48,953 nucleotides of DNA from Verrucomicrobiia bacterium (GCA_049511095.1 JBEKYJ010000002.1:1-48953), one strand, 5' to 3'; positions 8,629-19,839 are shown, counted from the first letter of the stretch. The notes: generated from the sequence alone by a model not told the origin. A program made the numbers and translations.

Positions 8629-9570
8629 ATGAAAATGCAACACACCAAATTCTTCCTTACTCTTACAGCTATCATCGTCTGCATTTCATTCGTGGGAGGC
8701 TGTAATAAAAAATCATCAGGCGAGTCGACCGCAGTATCGCCTGCAAATTTCAAGCCTGTGGACACATCGCTGTCATCCTTTCAGGTCAAACTTGAGGACA
8801 TTCGACGTACGTACACCCAAGATCTTATCTATACTCGCCCTCAGGAGGCCAAGCCGATTGAACTTCTACAGAAGGGATTGGAGACCAGCCTAAACGTGAC
8901 GACCAATCCAAAGCGCAAAGCATCGATTCTATTGACTCTCGCAACCATGGCGTTCACCCGATCGAGCGCACCCGATGCAACAGTTCAGAGCCGATATTTA
9001 TCTGACGCCATCAAGTACGCCTCGGCGTCTGGCTACGTCGAAGCGGAAGCAGTTGCTCACGGCAAACTTGCGATGGTTTATGAATGCCAGAATAACCTTG
9101 AGGCCGCACGTAACGAGGTGCAGCTAGCGCTTGAGACACATAAGAGATTGAAGATGAATGAAGAGACCGCGATAGACCTGTGCAATTTGGGTGTAATCGA
9201 AGCCAATAACGATAAGGCAAACGAAGCGATGCCACATTTTGAGGAAGCATTGAAGCTCGCGCGCAAATCCAAAAGCGACGTCGCCATCGCCTTTTGCTTA
9301 TGCAACCTTGGAGAATGTTATGCTGACATAAGCGGCTTGAACGGCAACACGCAGCGCCTGAACACGATTGTAGAAGAGCTGCAAAAATACCGTAAACTCA
9401 CAGTTCCGTTTTTTTGTTACTACCGCAAACTCAGCTTCGGCGGGCTGTATTATAAAGCAGTAGGTGGCGACCGCCAATTTTACAACTTTATTCCAAATTG
9501 GAGCCCGCAGAACGGTTCTCCAATTCCGTTGGGATATATTGAGGCGCCGTACGAGCTGCCTTGGCCATAG
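8629..9570 (+). CDS. TPR-repeat lipoprotein, hypothetical (cargo gene)
   Basis: Signal peptide with lipobox VGGC; TPR-like helices (LCNLGVIE...EAMPHFEEALKL, LCNLGECY); visibly more AT-rich than the core genes. Confidence 0.75.
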   Translation: MKMQHTKFFLTLTAIIVCISFVGGCNKKSSGESTAVSPANFKPVDTSLSSFQVKLEDIRRTYTQDLIYTRPQEAKPIELLQKGLETSLNVTTNPKRKASILLTLATMAFTRSSAPDATVQSRYLSDAIKYASASGYVEAEAVAHGKLAMVYECQNNLEAARNEVQLALETHKRLKMNEETAIDLCNLGVIEANNDKANEAMPHFEEALKLARKSKSDVAIAFCLCNLGECYADISGLNGNTQRLNTIVEELQKYRKLTVPFFCYYRKLSFGGLYYKAVGGDRQFYNFIPNWSPQNGSPIPLGYIEAPYELPWP

Positions 9571-9609
9571 AATGCTGTGCCCAATCGGCAGCCAAAAGGT
9601 CTGGGGGAT

Positions 9610-9846
9610 CAACGCTCTACTCTTTACACTTCTCTGAGATCAACTCTCCACCCTGTCCGCCAAGCCGAGTCGGACGGAGCCGAAAGCGGCACTAGCCGTC
9701 TGGAGCCGAGTCCTCGAGACGCCGTCGCGGCAAACGCGCCGAATGTTTGCCGTCGGCGCAAACGCCGCTGTCGTTTGCGGCAACCCTCGGCGACGGCTGG
9801 ACCGTCACAGCCTGCGGCGGTTATGGATAGTGCTATCCATAAAATT
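9610..9846. repeat. Right-hand conserved module, copy 1
   Basis: Identical 30-mer ttacacttctctgagatcaactctccaccc at 9624-9653 and 30116-30145. Palindrome ttatggatag-tg-ctatccataa at 9821-9842, partly retained at 30260-30276. Confidence 0.85.
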
Positions 9847-10025
9847 AGAAGAGTCATTCCTGCACAATCACCTTTTCCCCACTCACTCACCTCAACACAT
9901 TCCCTTTAGCGCAACCCGTAGAGCCTCCAAAATACCTGTTGCTCTGTGCCGCAAGGCTGTGGCACAAACAACATCGGGCCGTCGCACGCACCGGCCACGG
10001 CATCCGAAGGCAGGCGGAGTTGATC

Positions 10026-11342
10026 ATGACAGCACAAGCTTTCCCCGACATCGCCGAGATCAAGTATGAAGGACCGAAGTCGAAGAATCCCCTCGCGTTC
10101 AAGCATTACCGTGCCGACGAGAAAATCGACGGCAAATCGATGCGCGACCATCTGCGGTTCGCCGTGTGCTACTGGCACACGTTTCGCAACCCGCTGAGCG
10201 ACCCATTCGGCGTCGGCACCGCCGTCCGTCCTTGGGATGACGGCTCGAATTCCGTCGCCAACGCCCAGCGCCGCGCGCGCGCCGCGTTCGAGTTTATCGA
10301 AAAACTCGGCGCGCCGTTCTATTGTTTCCACGACCGCGATCTCGCCCCCGAAGGCAAAGACCTCCGCGAGACGAACCGGAACCTCGACGCCGTCGCGAAG
10401 GTCTTGAAGGAAGAACAAGCCCGCACGGGCGTCAAGCTGCTCTGGGGCACGGCCAACCTCTTTTCCAACCCGCGTTACGTGCACGGCGCCGCGACAAGCT
10501 GCAACGCCGACGTGTTCGCGTTCGCCGCGGCGCAGGTGAAGAAGGCGCTCGAAGTCACGCACGAACTCGGCAGCGCAGGCTACGTCTTCTGGGGCGGACG
10601 CGAAGGGTACTCGACCCTGCTCAACACCGACCTCAAGCGGGAACAAGAGCATCTCGCCCGGTTCCTGCACATGGCGGTGGACTACAAGAAAGCCATCGGA
10701 TTCAAGGGCCAGTTTTTTATCGAGCCGAAACCGAAGGAGCCGACGAAGCACCAATACGATTCCGATGTGGCCGCTTGCCTGAATTTCCTGCGCGAGTTCG
10801 ACCTGCTTGACCACTTCCAACTCAACATCGAAACCAACCACGCCACGCTGGCCGGCCATACGATGCTGCATGAACTCACCGTCGCCGCCGCCGCGGGCCG
10901 GCTCGGCTCGATCGACGCCAATCGCGGCGATGAGTTGCTGGGCTGGGACACCGACCAGTTCCCGACCGACGTCTATCTCACGACGCAGATCATGCTCGTC
11001 GTCCTCGGCATGGGCGGCTTCAAGTCGGGCGGCCTCAACTTCGATGCCAAGGTGCGCCGCGAAAGTTTTGAACCCGTGGATTTGTTCCACGCGCACATTG
11101 GCGGCATGGACGCCTTTGCGCGCGGGCTGAAGATTGCCGCCGCCATTCGCAAGGACGGACGGCTCGCCAAGTTCGTGAAAGAGCGCTATACCTCCTGGGA
11201 CAAGGGCATCGGACATGACATCGAGAAGGGCAAGGTTGGCCTGAAGGAACTCGAAGCCTACATGCTCCAAAAGGGCGAAGCCGACACGAACACGAGCGGG
11301 CGGCAGGAAATGCTGGAGAACATCGTTAACGAATTCATCTGA
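10026..11342 (+). CDS. xylA: Xylose isomerase (class II)
   Basis: [49 protein letters not shown]; GGAG RBS before ATG 10026. Confidence 0.97.
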   Translation: MTAQAFPDIAEIKYEGPKSKNPLAFKHYRADEKIDGKSMRDHLRFAVCYWHTFRNPLSDPFGVGTAVRPWDDGSNSVANAQRRARAAFEFIEKLGAPFYCFHDRDLAPEGKDLRETNRNLDAVAKVLKEEQARTGVKLLWGTANLFSNPRYVHGAATSCNADVFAFAAAQVKKALEVTHELGSAGYVFWGGREGYSTLLNTDLKREQEHLARFLHMAVDYKKAIGFKGQFFIEPKPKEPTKHQYDSDVAACLNFLREFDLLDHFQLNIETNHATLAGHTMLHELTVAAAAGRLGSIDANRGDELLGWDTDQFPTDVYLTTQIMLVVLGMGGFKSGGLNFDAKVRRESFEPVDLFHAHIGGMDAFARGLKIAAAIRKDGRLAKFVKERYTSWDKGIGHDIEKGKVGLKELEAYMLQKGEADTNTSGRQEMLENIVNEFI

Positions 11343-11364
11343 ACCGTAGCTCACCGCATATATT

Positions 11365-12879
11365 ATGAAGAATCTCGATTCTCTCGAAATCTGGTACGTC
11401 ACCGGTAGTCAACATCTCTACGGAGAAGCGGCGCTGAAAAAGGTGGCGTCAAACTCGCGCAAGATCGTCGAGGAACTCAACGGCTCGAAACGCCTGCCGC
11501 TGAAGATCGTGTTCAAGCCCGTGCTCACCGGGCCGGACGAAATCCGCCATCTCTGCCTCGAAGCCAACCACGCACCGAAGTGCGCCGGGTTGATCCTCTG
11601 GATGCACACCTTCTCACCTTCCAAAATGTGGATCGGCGGGCTCTCCTCCCTGAAGAAGCCGTTCTTGCACTTGCACACGCAGTTCAATCGCGATCTCCCA
11701 TGGGCCGAGATCGACATGGATTTCATGAACCTCAACCAGTCCGCCCACGGCGACCGCGAGGCGGGGTTCATGCACACGCGGTTGCGGCTGAATCGCAAAG
11801 TCGTCGTCGGCCACTGGTCGGATGCCGAAGTGCAGGACCGCGTCGCCGCCTGGATGCGTGCCGCCCGCGCGTGGCACGATTGGCAGGGCGCCAAGTTCTG
11901 CCGTTTCGGCGACAATATGCGCCAGGTCGGCGTCACCGAAGGTGACAAAGTCGCCGCCGAGGCGAAGCTGGGCTATGCGGTCAACGGTTACGGCGTCGGC
12001 GACCTCGTGAAGTTCGTCAACGATGTCGGCGACGCGGCCATCAACCGTCTCTGTGACGAATACGAGCAACGCTACGACGTGGCCCCGGAACTCCGCAAAG
12101 CCGGCGCGCGCCACGAATCCCTCCGCTACGGCGCGCGCACCGAACTCGGCCTGCGCGCCTTCCTCAAGGCGGGCGGTTTCAGAGGCTTTACCACTACGTT
12201 CGAGGATTTGCATGGCCTGAAACAATTGCCCGGCCTCGCCGTCCAACGCCTGATGGCCGACGGCTACGGGTTCGGCGCGGAAGGCGATTGGAAAACCTGC
12301 GCGTTGCTCCGCGCCATGAAGGTCATGGCCGCCGACCTCACCGGCGGCACGTCGTTCATGGAGGATTACACCTACCATCTCCATCCCGACGGCCATCTCG
12401 TGCTCGGCGCGCACATGCTCGAGATTTGCGAATCCATCGCCGCCGGCAAACCCTCGCTGGAAATCCACCCGCTCGGCATCGGCGGCAAAGAAGACCCCGT
12501 GCGCCTCGTGTTCAACGCGCCGGCCGGCCCCGCGATCAACGCTTCCATGATCGACCTCGGCAACCGCTTCCGCTTGCTCGTCAACGAAGTGGACGTCGTC
12601 AAGCCCCCGAAGCCGTTGCCAAGACTTCCCGTGGCCCGCGCCATTTGGAAATGCCGGCCCGATTTCAAAACCGCCTGCGCCGCGTGGCTTCAGGCCGGCG
12701 GGGCGCACCATACCGGGTTCAGCTACGCGGTCACCACCGAACACATGGAAGACTTCGCCGAAATCGCCGGTCTCGAATTGGTCGCGATCGACGCGAAGAC
12801 AGATCTGCGCGCCTTCAAACAGCAACTCCGTCACAACGAGATCTATTATCATCTCGCTCCGGGACTGGGACGGCTATGA
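11365..12879 (+). CDS. araA: L-arabinose isomerase
   Basis: [55 protein letters not shown]. Confidence 0.97.
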   Translation: MKNLDSLEIWYVTGSQHLYGEAALKKVASNSRKIVEELNGSKRLPLKIVFKPVLTGPDEIRHLCLEANHAPKCAGLILWMHTFSPSKMWIGGLSSLKKPFLHLHTQFNRDLPWAEIDMDFMNLNQSAHGDREAGFMHTRLRLNRKVVVGHWSDAEVQDRVAAWMRAARAWHDWQGAKFCRFGDNMRQVGVTEGDKVAAEAKLGYAVNGYGVGDLVKFVNDVGDAAINRLCDEYEQRYDVAPELRKAGARHESLRYGARTELGLRAFLKAGGFRGFTTTFEDLHGLKQLPGLAVQRLMADGYGFGAEGDWKTCALLRAMKVMAADLTGGTSFMEDYTYHLHPDGHLVLGAHMLEICESIAAGKPSLEIHPLGIGGKEDPVRLVFNAPAGPAINASMIDLGNRFRLLVNEVDVVKPPKPLPRLPVARAIWKCRPDFKTACAAWLQAGGAHHTGFSYAVTTEHMEDFAEIAGLELVAIDAKTDLRAFKQQLRHNEIYYHLAPGLGRL

Positions 12880-12905
12880 CAAGTAACCAATGGTGAAAGG
12901 GTCCG

Positions 12906-14009
12906 ATGGCTAAACGCACCAAAACGATTGTGAAAGCGGCTCCCACGCCGCGATCTTCACCCCTCATCCGTCAGTCAGTAGCCGCCGCCCCGGCGAAGAT
13001 GGGTTCAACCCCCCGTTCCATCTTGGCTGCGCGGCTCCACGGTCCGCGCGACATCCGGGTGGAGCGCGTCGCCCACCCCGGCAAACCCGGCCCCGGCGAC
13101 GTACTCCTGCGCGTCACCGCCACCGGAATTTGCGGCAGCGACCTGCACACGTTCGCCGATGCTCGCATTGGCGACACTGTCCTGAAAGCGCCTCTCGTCC
13201 TCGGACACGAGTTTGCCGGCGTCGTCGAACAAGTCGGCTCGAACGTAACTGAGTCGCGTCCCGGCACGCGCGTGGCGGTTGATCCCGCTCATCCGTGCCA
13301 CCGCTGCGACCTGTGTGAGCGTGGACATCCCAATCTCTGCCGACGCCTCCACTTCTGCGGCCTGTATCCCGACCACGGCAGCCTGCGCGAGTTCATGATC
13401 GTACCGGCCGACACCTGTTTTCCGGTGCCGGACTCCATCAATGACGAAGCCGCCGCGATGCTCGAACCGCTCGGCGTCGCCCTCCATGCCGTCGATCTTG
13501 CGAAAATACGGCTGGGTGATCGCGTGGCCATTCTCGGCACAGGGCCCATTGGACTGCTGCTTGTCCAAGCCGCCAAACTGGCTGGGGCAGGCGAAATCCT
13601 CGTCAGGGATCCGCTTCCATGGCGCGTGGCGCTCGCCATCAAGTTCGGGGCGAGGCCCCTGCCCGTTCGCGCGGAAGTGGACGTGGCCATCGAAGCCGCG
13701 TGGGGCGGCAATGCCATCGAACAGGTCATCGAACTCGCGCGCCCCGGCGGGCGCGTCGTGCTGGTCGGCATCCCGTCGGAAGATCGTTGTGCGTTCCAAC
13801 ATTCCACCGCGCGCCGCAAAGGTCTGACTGTCGTTTTCAGCCGTCGCATGAAGCACACGTACCCGCGCGCCATCGATCTCGTGGCGAACGGCCGTATCGA
13901 TGTGCGCAGCCTGATTTCGCACCGCGTCCCGTTGGAGAAGACCGCCGCGGCGTTTGCGTTGAACGCCGCCTACAAGGACAACGTTGTGAAAATCATCATC
14001 ACGCGATAG
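12906..14009 (+). CDS. Zn-dependent polyol/sugar-alcohol dehydrogenase (MDR family)
   Basis: [24 protein letters not shown] structural Zn site, GTGPIG. Start may be ATG 12999. Confidence 0.88.
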   Translation: MAKRTKTIVKAAPTPRSSPLIRQSVAAAPAKMGSTPRSILAARLHGPRDIRVERVAHPGKPGPGDVLLRVTATGICGSDLHTFADARIGDTVLKAPLVLGHEFAGVVEQVGSNVTESRPGTRVAVDPAHPCHRCDLCERGHPNLCRRLHFCGLYPDHGSLREFMIVPADTCFPVPDSINDEAAAMLEPLGVALHAVDLAKIRLGDRVAILGTGPIGLLLVQAAKLAGAGEILVRDPLPWRVALAIKFGARPLPVRAEVDVAIEAAWGGNAIEQVIELARPGGRVVLVGIPSEDRCAFQHSTARRKGLTVVFSRRMKHTYPRAIDLVANGRIDVRSLISHRVPLEKTAAAFALNAAYKDNVVKIIITR

Positions 14010-14018
14010 ACGGGGATC

Positions 14019-15701
14019 TTGCACGTGGGCGCGCAATACTCCATCGGCTTGGATTACGGCACCAACTCCGTCCGCTGCTTGATTGCGGATGTGCGCAATG
14101 GTCGTGAAGTCGGCACGGCGGTGTGGGAATACGCGCACGGCACGCAGGGCGTGATTCTATCGCGCGACCCAAACCTCGCTCGACAGCACCCTTCCGATTA
14201 CGTCACGGGCGCGGAGATCACCATCAAGAAGGCGCTTGCACAAACCCGACGCACGGTCAATGGATTCAAACCCGAGCAGGTCGTCGGCATCGGCGTGGAC
14301 ACAACCGGCAGCACGCCTATGCCGGTGGATGCCAATGGCCGAGCCCTCGCATTCGACAAACGATTCGCCCGGGACCCCGCCGCGATGGCCTGGCTCTGGA
14401 AGGACCACACCAGCGTGGCCGAAGCCGCGGAGATTACCGCGAGAGCGCGGGCGGTGCGTCCGCAATACCTCGCCAAGTGCGGCGGAACGTATTCGAGCGA
14501 ATGGTTCTTCAGCAAGATCCTCCGCTGCCTGCGCACGTCGCCCGAGGTGTTCGACGCGGCGCACACGTGGGTCGAGATTGCCGATTGGATTCCCGCGACG
14601 CTCACCGGGACGGAAGCGCCCGACAAACTCACTGTCGGTGTCTGCGCCGCGGGTCACAAGGCGATGTACAACGATGCGTGGGGCGGTTATCCCGATGCCG
14701 AGTTCCTTGCCTCGTTTCACCCCAAGCTCGGTCAATTACGCTCGCGGCTCCGCGCAAAAGCTCACACCATCGAACGCGCCGTTGGCGGGCTGACTTCCGA
14801 CTGGGCCAAACGCACCGGCTTGCGGGCGGGCACACCCGTGGCGGTCGGTGCGTTCGACGCGCATCTCGGCGGCGTCGCCAGCGGCATCGCGCCGGGCACA
14901 TTGGTCAAAATCATCGGCACGAGCACGTGCGACATGATGGTGGCGCCTGTCGGCCAAACACTCGCGGACATCCCGGGATTGTGCGGTATCGTCAACGGCA
15001 GCATCCTGCCGGGTCATTACGGACTGGAAGCGGGCCAGTCCGCTGTCGGCGACATCTTCAATTGGTTTGTGAATTACATCGAACCCGGCGGCCGGAAAAC
15101 CGGCTCGCACGAGACGCTGACGGCCGCCGCGGCAAAGCTCAAACCCGGCGAGTCGGGCCTGCTCGCGCTGGATTGGAACAACGGCAACCGCACGATCCTC
15201 GTGGATCAGCGGCTCACGGGACTGTTGCTGGGCCAGACGCTTTACACGACGCCCGCGGAGATTTATCGCGCGTTGATCGAGGCGACCGCCTTTGGGGCGC
15301 TGACGATCATCAATCGATTCGAGGAATACGGCGTGAAGGTTGAACAGATCATCAACTGCGGTGGCATCGCCGAAAAGAATCCCGTCGTCATGCAGATATA
15401 CGCCGACGTGACGGGTCGCCCGATGAAAGTTTCGCGCTCGGCGCAGACGTGCGCGCTCGGCGCCGCCATCGCCGGCGCGGTCGTCGCCCGGGCGCACCGG
15501 ACCTACGCTGACGCCCAGAAGGCGATGACCGGCGTAAAGAAACGCGCGTATATGCCGAATCCGCAGGCGCACGCGGTGTACCGTGAGTTGTACCCATTGT
15601 ATCGCACGCTGCACGATGCGTTCGGAACTCGCGAGTGGAACGGCAATCTGCACGACGTGATGAAGAAACTGCTGGAAATCCGCGGGCGCGCGAGGAAATA
15701 A
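14019..15701 (+). CDS. araB: Ribulokinase (FGGY family)
   Basis: IGLDYGTNSVR, GVDTTGST, WKDHT, YSSEWF, GAFDAH, GTSTCD, LDWNNGNRT. Start is TTG 14019 or GTG 14025. Confidence 0.93.
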   Translation: MHVGAQYSIGLDYGTNSVRCLIADVRNGREVGTAVWEYAHGTQGVILSRDPNLARQHPSDYVTGAEITIKKALAQTRRTVNGFKPEQVVGIGVDTTGSTPMPVDANGRALAFDKRFARDPAAMAWLWKDHTSVAEAAEITARARAVRPQYLAKCGGTYSSEWFFSKILRCLRTSPEVFDAAHTWVEIADWIPATLTGTEAPDKLTVGVCAAGHKAMYNDAWGGYPDAEFLASFHPKLGQLRSRLRAKAHTIERAVGGLTSDWAKRTGLRAGTPVAVGAFDAHLGGVASGIAPGTLVKIIGTSTCDMMVAPVGQTLADIPGLCGIVNGSILPGHYGLEAGQSAVGDIFNWFVNYIEPGGRKTGSHETLTAAAAKLKPGESGLLALDWNNGNRTILVDQRLTGLLLGQTLYTTPAEIYRALIEATAFGALTIINRFEEYGVKVEQIINCGGIAEKNPVVMQIYADVTGRPMKVSRSAQTCALGAAIAGAVVARAHRTYADAQKAMTGVKKRAYMPNPQAHAVYRELYPLYRTLHDAFGTREWNGNLHDVMKKLLEIRGRARK

Positions 15702-15746
15702 GGTTGTGGCCCCGAGCCTCTCTCGAGGCTAGAATCAGCCGTCATC

Positions 15747-16445
15747 ATGCTTGAGAAACTGAAACAGAAAGTGTGCGAGGCGAACCTGCAACTGGTTCGC
15801 GAAGGATTGGTCATCCAAACTTGGGGCAACGCCAGCGGCGTGGATCGCGCCAGCGGCAACCTGGTCATCAAGCCGTCCGGTGTCCCGTACGATGCGATGA
15901 AACCCGAACATATGGTCGTCGTATCGCTGGCGACCGGCAGGGTTGTGGACAGCGATCTCCGTCCCAGCTCCGACACGCCAACTCACCTGGTTCTGTACCG
16001 CGCCTTCAAGGGAATCGGCGGAATCGTTCACACGCACAGCCTGTATGCCACCGCCTGGGCGCAGGCGCGACGTGAAATCCCGCCGCTCGGCACGACGCAC
16101 GCCGATTATTTTCACGGACCGGTCCCGTGCACGCGATTGCTGACTGCGAAGGAAATCAAACATGACTACGAGGCGAACACTGGGCACGTGATCGTGGAGA
16201 GATTTGAGAGGCTCGATCCCCTGCGTTTCCCCGGCGTGCTGGTGGCCAGCCACGCGCCGTTTGCGTGGGGCGCGACGCTTGTTACGGCGGTGGAAAATGC
16301 GGTCGTGCTCGAACATCTGGCTCTTTTGGCCAGCGAAACCCTGCGCGTCAAGTCGTCGGTCAAATCGATGCCACGCGTCTTGCTCGACAAACACTTCCTC
16401 CGCAAGCACGGCCCGCAAGCCTGCTATGGCCAGAAATCGTCGTGA
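15747..16445 (+). CDS. araD: L-ribulose-5-phosphate 4-epimerase
   Basis: TWGNASG, IKPSGV, PSSDTPTH, HTHS, GTTHADYF, KHFLRKHG..YGQ. Confidence 0.96.
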   Translation: MLEKLKQKVCEANLQLVREGLVIQTWGNASGVDRASGNLVIKPSGVPYDAMKPEHMVVVSLATGRVVDSDLRPSSDTPTHLVLYRAFKGIGGIVHTHSLYATAWAQARREIPPLGTTHADYFHGPVPCTRLLTAKEIKHDYEANTGHVIVERFERLDPLRFPGVLVASHAPFAWGATLVTAVENAVVLEHLALLASETLRVKSSVKSMPRVLLDKHFLRKHGPQACYGQKSS

Positions 16446-17107
16446 TGCCCAAGAACAATCCCGAGGACCCTACCATGCAGCGCATTTTTCAAAAACGTGT
16501 CGTGCCGGTCGTCGTCATCGACCACGCCGAAGACGCCGTTCCTCTCGCCGAAGCCCTCGTCGCGGCCGGTGTCGACGTCATCGAAATCACCTTCCGCACG
16601 CCGGCGGCCGAACAATCCATCCGCAATGTTCGCAAGGCGTGCCCGGCCATGCTGGTCGGCGCCGGCACCATCCTCGACGTGGACCAACTTCAGCGCGCCA
16701 TCGATGCCGGCGCGCAATTCGGTGTCGCACCGGGCTTGAGCGAGGCGGTCGTGGCGAAATCGCTTGCGTTGAAATTGCCGTTTGTTCCCGGCGTGATGAC
16801 CGCCTCCGAGGTGGAGCACGGGCTGGCTCTCGGTTGCAAACTCCAAAAGTTCTTTCCCGCCGAGCCCGCGGGCGGCGTGAAGATGCTCAAAGCACTGGCC
16901 GGACCGTATGCCCACACCGGCGTGAAGTTCATCCCTCTCGGGGGCGTCAACGCCGACAACGCCCGCGACTATCTCGCACTGCCGATCGTGGCGGCAATCG
17001 GCGGCTCATGGATGGTCGAGCGCACGTTGATCGCCGCGAAGAATTGGTCGACCATCCGCAGCCTGACAGCCGAGGCCGCGCAACTTGCTGCCGCGGTCAG
17101 CAAGTAA
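16445..17107 (+). CDS. eda: KDPG/KHG aldolase
   Basis: EITFRT, VGAGT, PGVMT, KFFPAE, PLGGV, GGSW; TGATG overlap with araD (alternative start 16475). Confidence 0.9.
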   Translation: MPKNNPEDPTMQRIFQKRVVPVVVIDHAEDAVPLAEALVAAGVDVIEITFRTPAAEQSIRNVRKACPAMLVGAGTILDVDQLQRAIDAGAQFGVAPGLSEAVVAKSLALKLPFVPGVMTASEVEHGLALGCKLQKFFPAEPAGGVKMLKALAGPYAHTGVKFIPLGGVNADNARDYLALPIVAAIGGSWMVERTLIAAKNWSTIRSLTAEAAQLAAAVSK

Positions 17108-17114
17108 GTTTGCG

Positions 17115-17768
17115 TCAGACCTTCACGAGGACTTCTTCTTTCGGAAAGCGCACCTTCTTAAGCGCTGCATATTTGTCACCCGTTGCCCGATAACCGGCCG
17201 CGGCAACAACGACGGTGCCCAAACCCTGTTTATCCAAGCCAAGGATTTCATCGTATTTCGCCGGCTCAATGCCTTCCATCGGACAGGCGTCGATGCCCAA
17301 CAGCGCCGCGCTGGTCAGGAAATTCCCCAACGCAATGTACACCTGATGCGCGGCCCAAGTGTTGCGGGCAGTGGCGTCCATGCCCTTGAGAAGGCTGCCG
17401 GTCATCATGTCGTGCAGTCCGGCAAGTGATTTACGCGGTGTCCCGCGAACTTCGGCAATCCGGTCGACATAAACGTCTAGGTCCCGTTCGTTGATGTCCT
17501 TCTTGATGGCGAAAACCACCAGATGGGAACAATCCGCCGGTTGCCGTTGTCCCCACGACGCAGCGACGAGCCGTTCCTTCGTCGCCTGGTCGGTGACCAC
17601 AATGAATCTCCACGGCTGAAGGCCGAAGGAGGACGGCGAGAGCACCAGCGCTTCTTCGAGCGCCGCCCAATCTTCGGGACTGATCTTGCGTTGCGGATCG
17701 AATTGCTTCGTGGCGTAACGCCAGTTGAGTTGGTTGATAAGTTGTTCGCGGTGGATGGTGGTGTTCAT
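17115..17768 (-). CDS. NAD(P)H-dependent nitroreductase (NfsB-like)
   Basis: WRYATKQFD, LSPSSFGLQPW, YIALG, DACPMEG, GYR, KVR. Confidence 0.92.
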   Translation of the reverse strand: MNTTIHREQLINQLNWRYATKQFDPQRKISPEDWAALEEALVLSPSSFGLQPWRFIVVTDQATKERLVAASWGQRQPADCSHLVVFAIKKDINERDLDVYVDRIAEVRGTPRKSLAGLHDMMTGSLLKGMDATARNTWAAHQVYIALGNFLTSAALLGIDACPMEGIEPAKYDEILGLDKQGLGTVVVAAAGYRATGDKYAALKKVRFPKEEVLVKV

Positions 17769-17909
17769 GGCTTCCGATCGAATTGAATGTGGTTATGTTT
17801 TTCGTCAGGATCTTATTCCAATTGAATGCCCTGCACGCGTCTCTCGTGGTTCGATGCACTCGTGGTCGATAAGGTTTCCTGAACTGCGGAGGACAATTAG
17901 GCGGGGTGA

Positions 17910-18305
17910 CTAACCAGTAATCGACAACCACACTTTGCGGGTCCGTGGGCCGTCAAATTCACACAAGTAAATGCCCTGCCACGTGCCGAACTGCAGCTTG
18001 CCGCTGCGCACGAGCACCTGCACCGTGTGCCCCATCATGCTCGACTTCACGTGCGCCGCCGTGTTGCCTTCGCCGTGCCGATACTGCGCATCCTTCCACG
18101 GCACTGCCTTGTCGAGCGCGTAAATCATGTCCGCCACCACGTCCGGGTCGGCATTCTCATTGATCGTAATGCCCGCCGTTGTATGCGGCACAAAGCAGAT
18201 GCAGACGCCCTCCTTCACACCCGACTTATCGACGAGGCGCTGCACGTCGCCAGTAATCTCGACAAATTCTGTGTGCCGGTTCGTCTTGACGATCAATTCA
18301 TTCAT
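17910..18305 (-). CDS. yjbQ: YjbQ / UPF0047 family protein
   Basis: PHTTAGITINENADPDV, HGEGNTAAHVKS, GTWQGIYLCEFDGPR. Confidence 0.92.
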   Translation of the reverse strand: MNELIVKTNRHTEFVEITGDVQRLVDKSGVKEGVCICFVPHTTAGITINENADPDVVADMIYALDKAVPWKDAQYRHGEGNTAAHVKSSMMGHTVQVLVRSGKLQFGTWQGIYLCEFDGPRTRKVWLSITG

Positions 18306-18802
18306 CGCCCAGGGGCTTCCTCAAGTCCTTGCACGAACGTGAAATTGCCGTGGAATTCTTCGGTTTGGGTATAGGAACCCGAGGCGGTGCTGGCCATGAC
18401 ATTGATGTGTAGATACGCGTCCACTTTACGAGGAGTGATTTTCTTCACGATGAGATACCCCGTGTAGGCCTGGCCTTTCGAACTCGGGCCGAAGCGCGTC
18501 GCCACAAACTCGGGCGTCACGCTGTCGGAAGGAATCTGCAGTTTGTGGTTGAGTTGGAAGTTGCGCACTTCCACGACGAGCAACTGATCCTCCTCGTTGT
18601 CGGGACCGCGCAGGACTGTATCGAGATGGCGGCGAACCCGCAACACCAGCGGGCCGGCTTGCGCTTGCAAAGAACCCGCGCCGAGCGGCGGAGGCGGCTG
18701 GCTGAACGTCGCCGCCGCCGGCCCGACGTGACTGTAATTACAGGCCAGGATAAACGTTGTCAGGGCGGCCGCAACTGCAATGATGCTTATTCGCAAGATC
18801 AC
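18302..18802 (-). CDS. Hypothetical lipoprotein
   Basis: Signal peptide ending ILAC; 4-nt overlaps with both neighbours. Confidence 0.7.
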   Translation of the reverse strand: MILRISIIAVAAALTTFILACNYSHVGPAAATFSQPPPPLGAGSLQAQAGPLVLRVRRHLDTVLRGPDNEEDQLLVVEVRNFQLNHKLQIPSDSVTPEFVATRFGPSSKGQAYTGYLIVKKITPRKVDAYLHINVMASTASGSYTQTEEFHGNFTFVQGLEEAPGR

Positions 18803-19839
18803 TGTGTCTCCACCGTCTTCTTGTACGCCACGATGCCGTCGGCGACGGCTTTTGCCAACGTCTCGCGGTAGTCACTTCGCAGAATGCGCTGTTCCTCGGA
18901 AGAACTCGACAAAAAACCAGCTTCGATCAAAATCGCGGGGCAGTTCGTGTAGCGCAGCACCCAGAAGCGCGCCCGCCGCACGCCTCGATCCATGGCCCCC
19001 GTCGCCCGCAGCAATGACTTCTGCGCACAATGCGCCAGCCACACGTTCTGCGCGTCAAAACGATTGTTCGTCACTGCACCGCGGTCGCCACTGCCCGTGT
19101 CGCGGTCGCCGCCGGTTCCGCCGAAATTCGCCGTTGAACTTACACCGGCGGGCGGCGTGCAATACGTTTCGATCCCGTCCGCCGAGCCCCCTGAATTGAA
19201 ATGGATGCTCACAAACAAATCCGCGCCATTCGCGTGGGCAAACTCCACGCGGTCTTCCAACGCGACGGTCTTGTCCGCCGTGCGCGTCAGGATGACCCGC
19301 ACGCCGCTTCCCGCCAAATTCCGCTCCACACGCTTCGCCACATCCAGCGTCAATACCTTCTCGAAGCTTGATCGACCGCGGGTACCGCGATCACTGCCGC
19401 CATGGCCGGGATCGATGACCACGGTGCGGACCGACGCGCCTGGCTTCCGCAATCGCTGGGGCTGCAACACGGGATCCAGCGTCTTCAGGACATCTAGCTC
19501 GGCCACCCAGAGCTTGCCGCGCACCGCAAGGATGGGCGCCGAGAGCCAATGATTCACGCCATTCAGCAGAACATCACGGCGGTCGGCTTCCACCTCCAGT
19601 TGGGCAAAACTCGTCTTGTACTCGGCGCGATTGATAACGCCGCGCGTGTCAGGGCCGAGCCCGTAATAGTTCGCCACGTCGCCGACTGCGACGTAATACG
19701 TGTTGCCATAGCGATAGGCCTTGAGAGCCGTCGGCTGGGCAAACCCCACGCCCGTGAAAGCGAGGCCGAGAGCGAACGCGACCAATGGGAGCGACCTGAC
19801 TGCCGGGCACAACACAATTCCTCCTTGTTCCACACCCAA
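18799..19839 (-). CDS. N-acetylmuramoyl-L-alanine amidase (Amidase_3), exported
   Basis: VVIDPGHGG, EK..LD, LTR, DLFVSIHFN, AILIEAGFL. True start uncertain. Confidence 0.92.
   Translation of the reverse strand: MGVEQGGIVLCPAVRSLPLVAFALGLAFTGVGFAQPTALKAYRYGNTYYVAVGDVANYYGLGPDTRGVINRAEYKTSFAQLEVEADRRDVLLNGVNHWLSAPILAVRGKLWVAELDVLKTLDPVLQPQRLRKPGASVRTVVIDPGHGGSDRGTRGRSSFEKVLTLDVAKRVERNLAGSGVRVILTRTADKTVALEDRVEFAHANGADLFVSIHFNSGGSADGIETYCTPPAGVSSTANFGGTGGDRDTGSGDRGAVTNNRFDAQNVWLAHCAQKSLLRATGAMDRGVRRARFWVLRYTNCPAILIEAGFLSSSSEEQRILRSDYRETLAKAVADGIVAYKKTVETQ

Noticed and set aside
9906-15653. Long minus-strand ORFs (9906-11402, 11614-12852, 13005-14138, 14736-15653)
   Set aside because: Antisense shadows of xylA, araA, the ADH and araB, typical of high-GC coding DNA.
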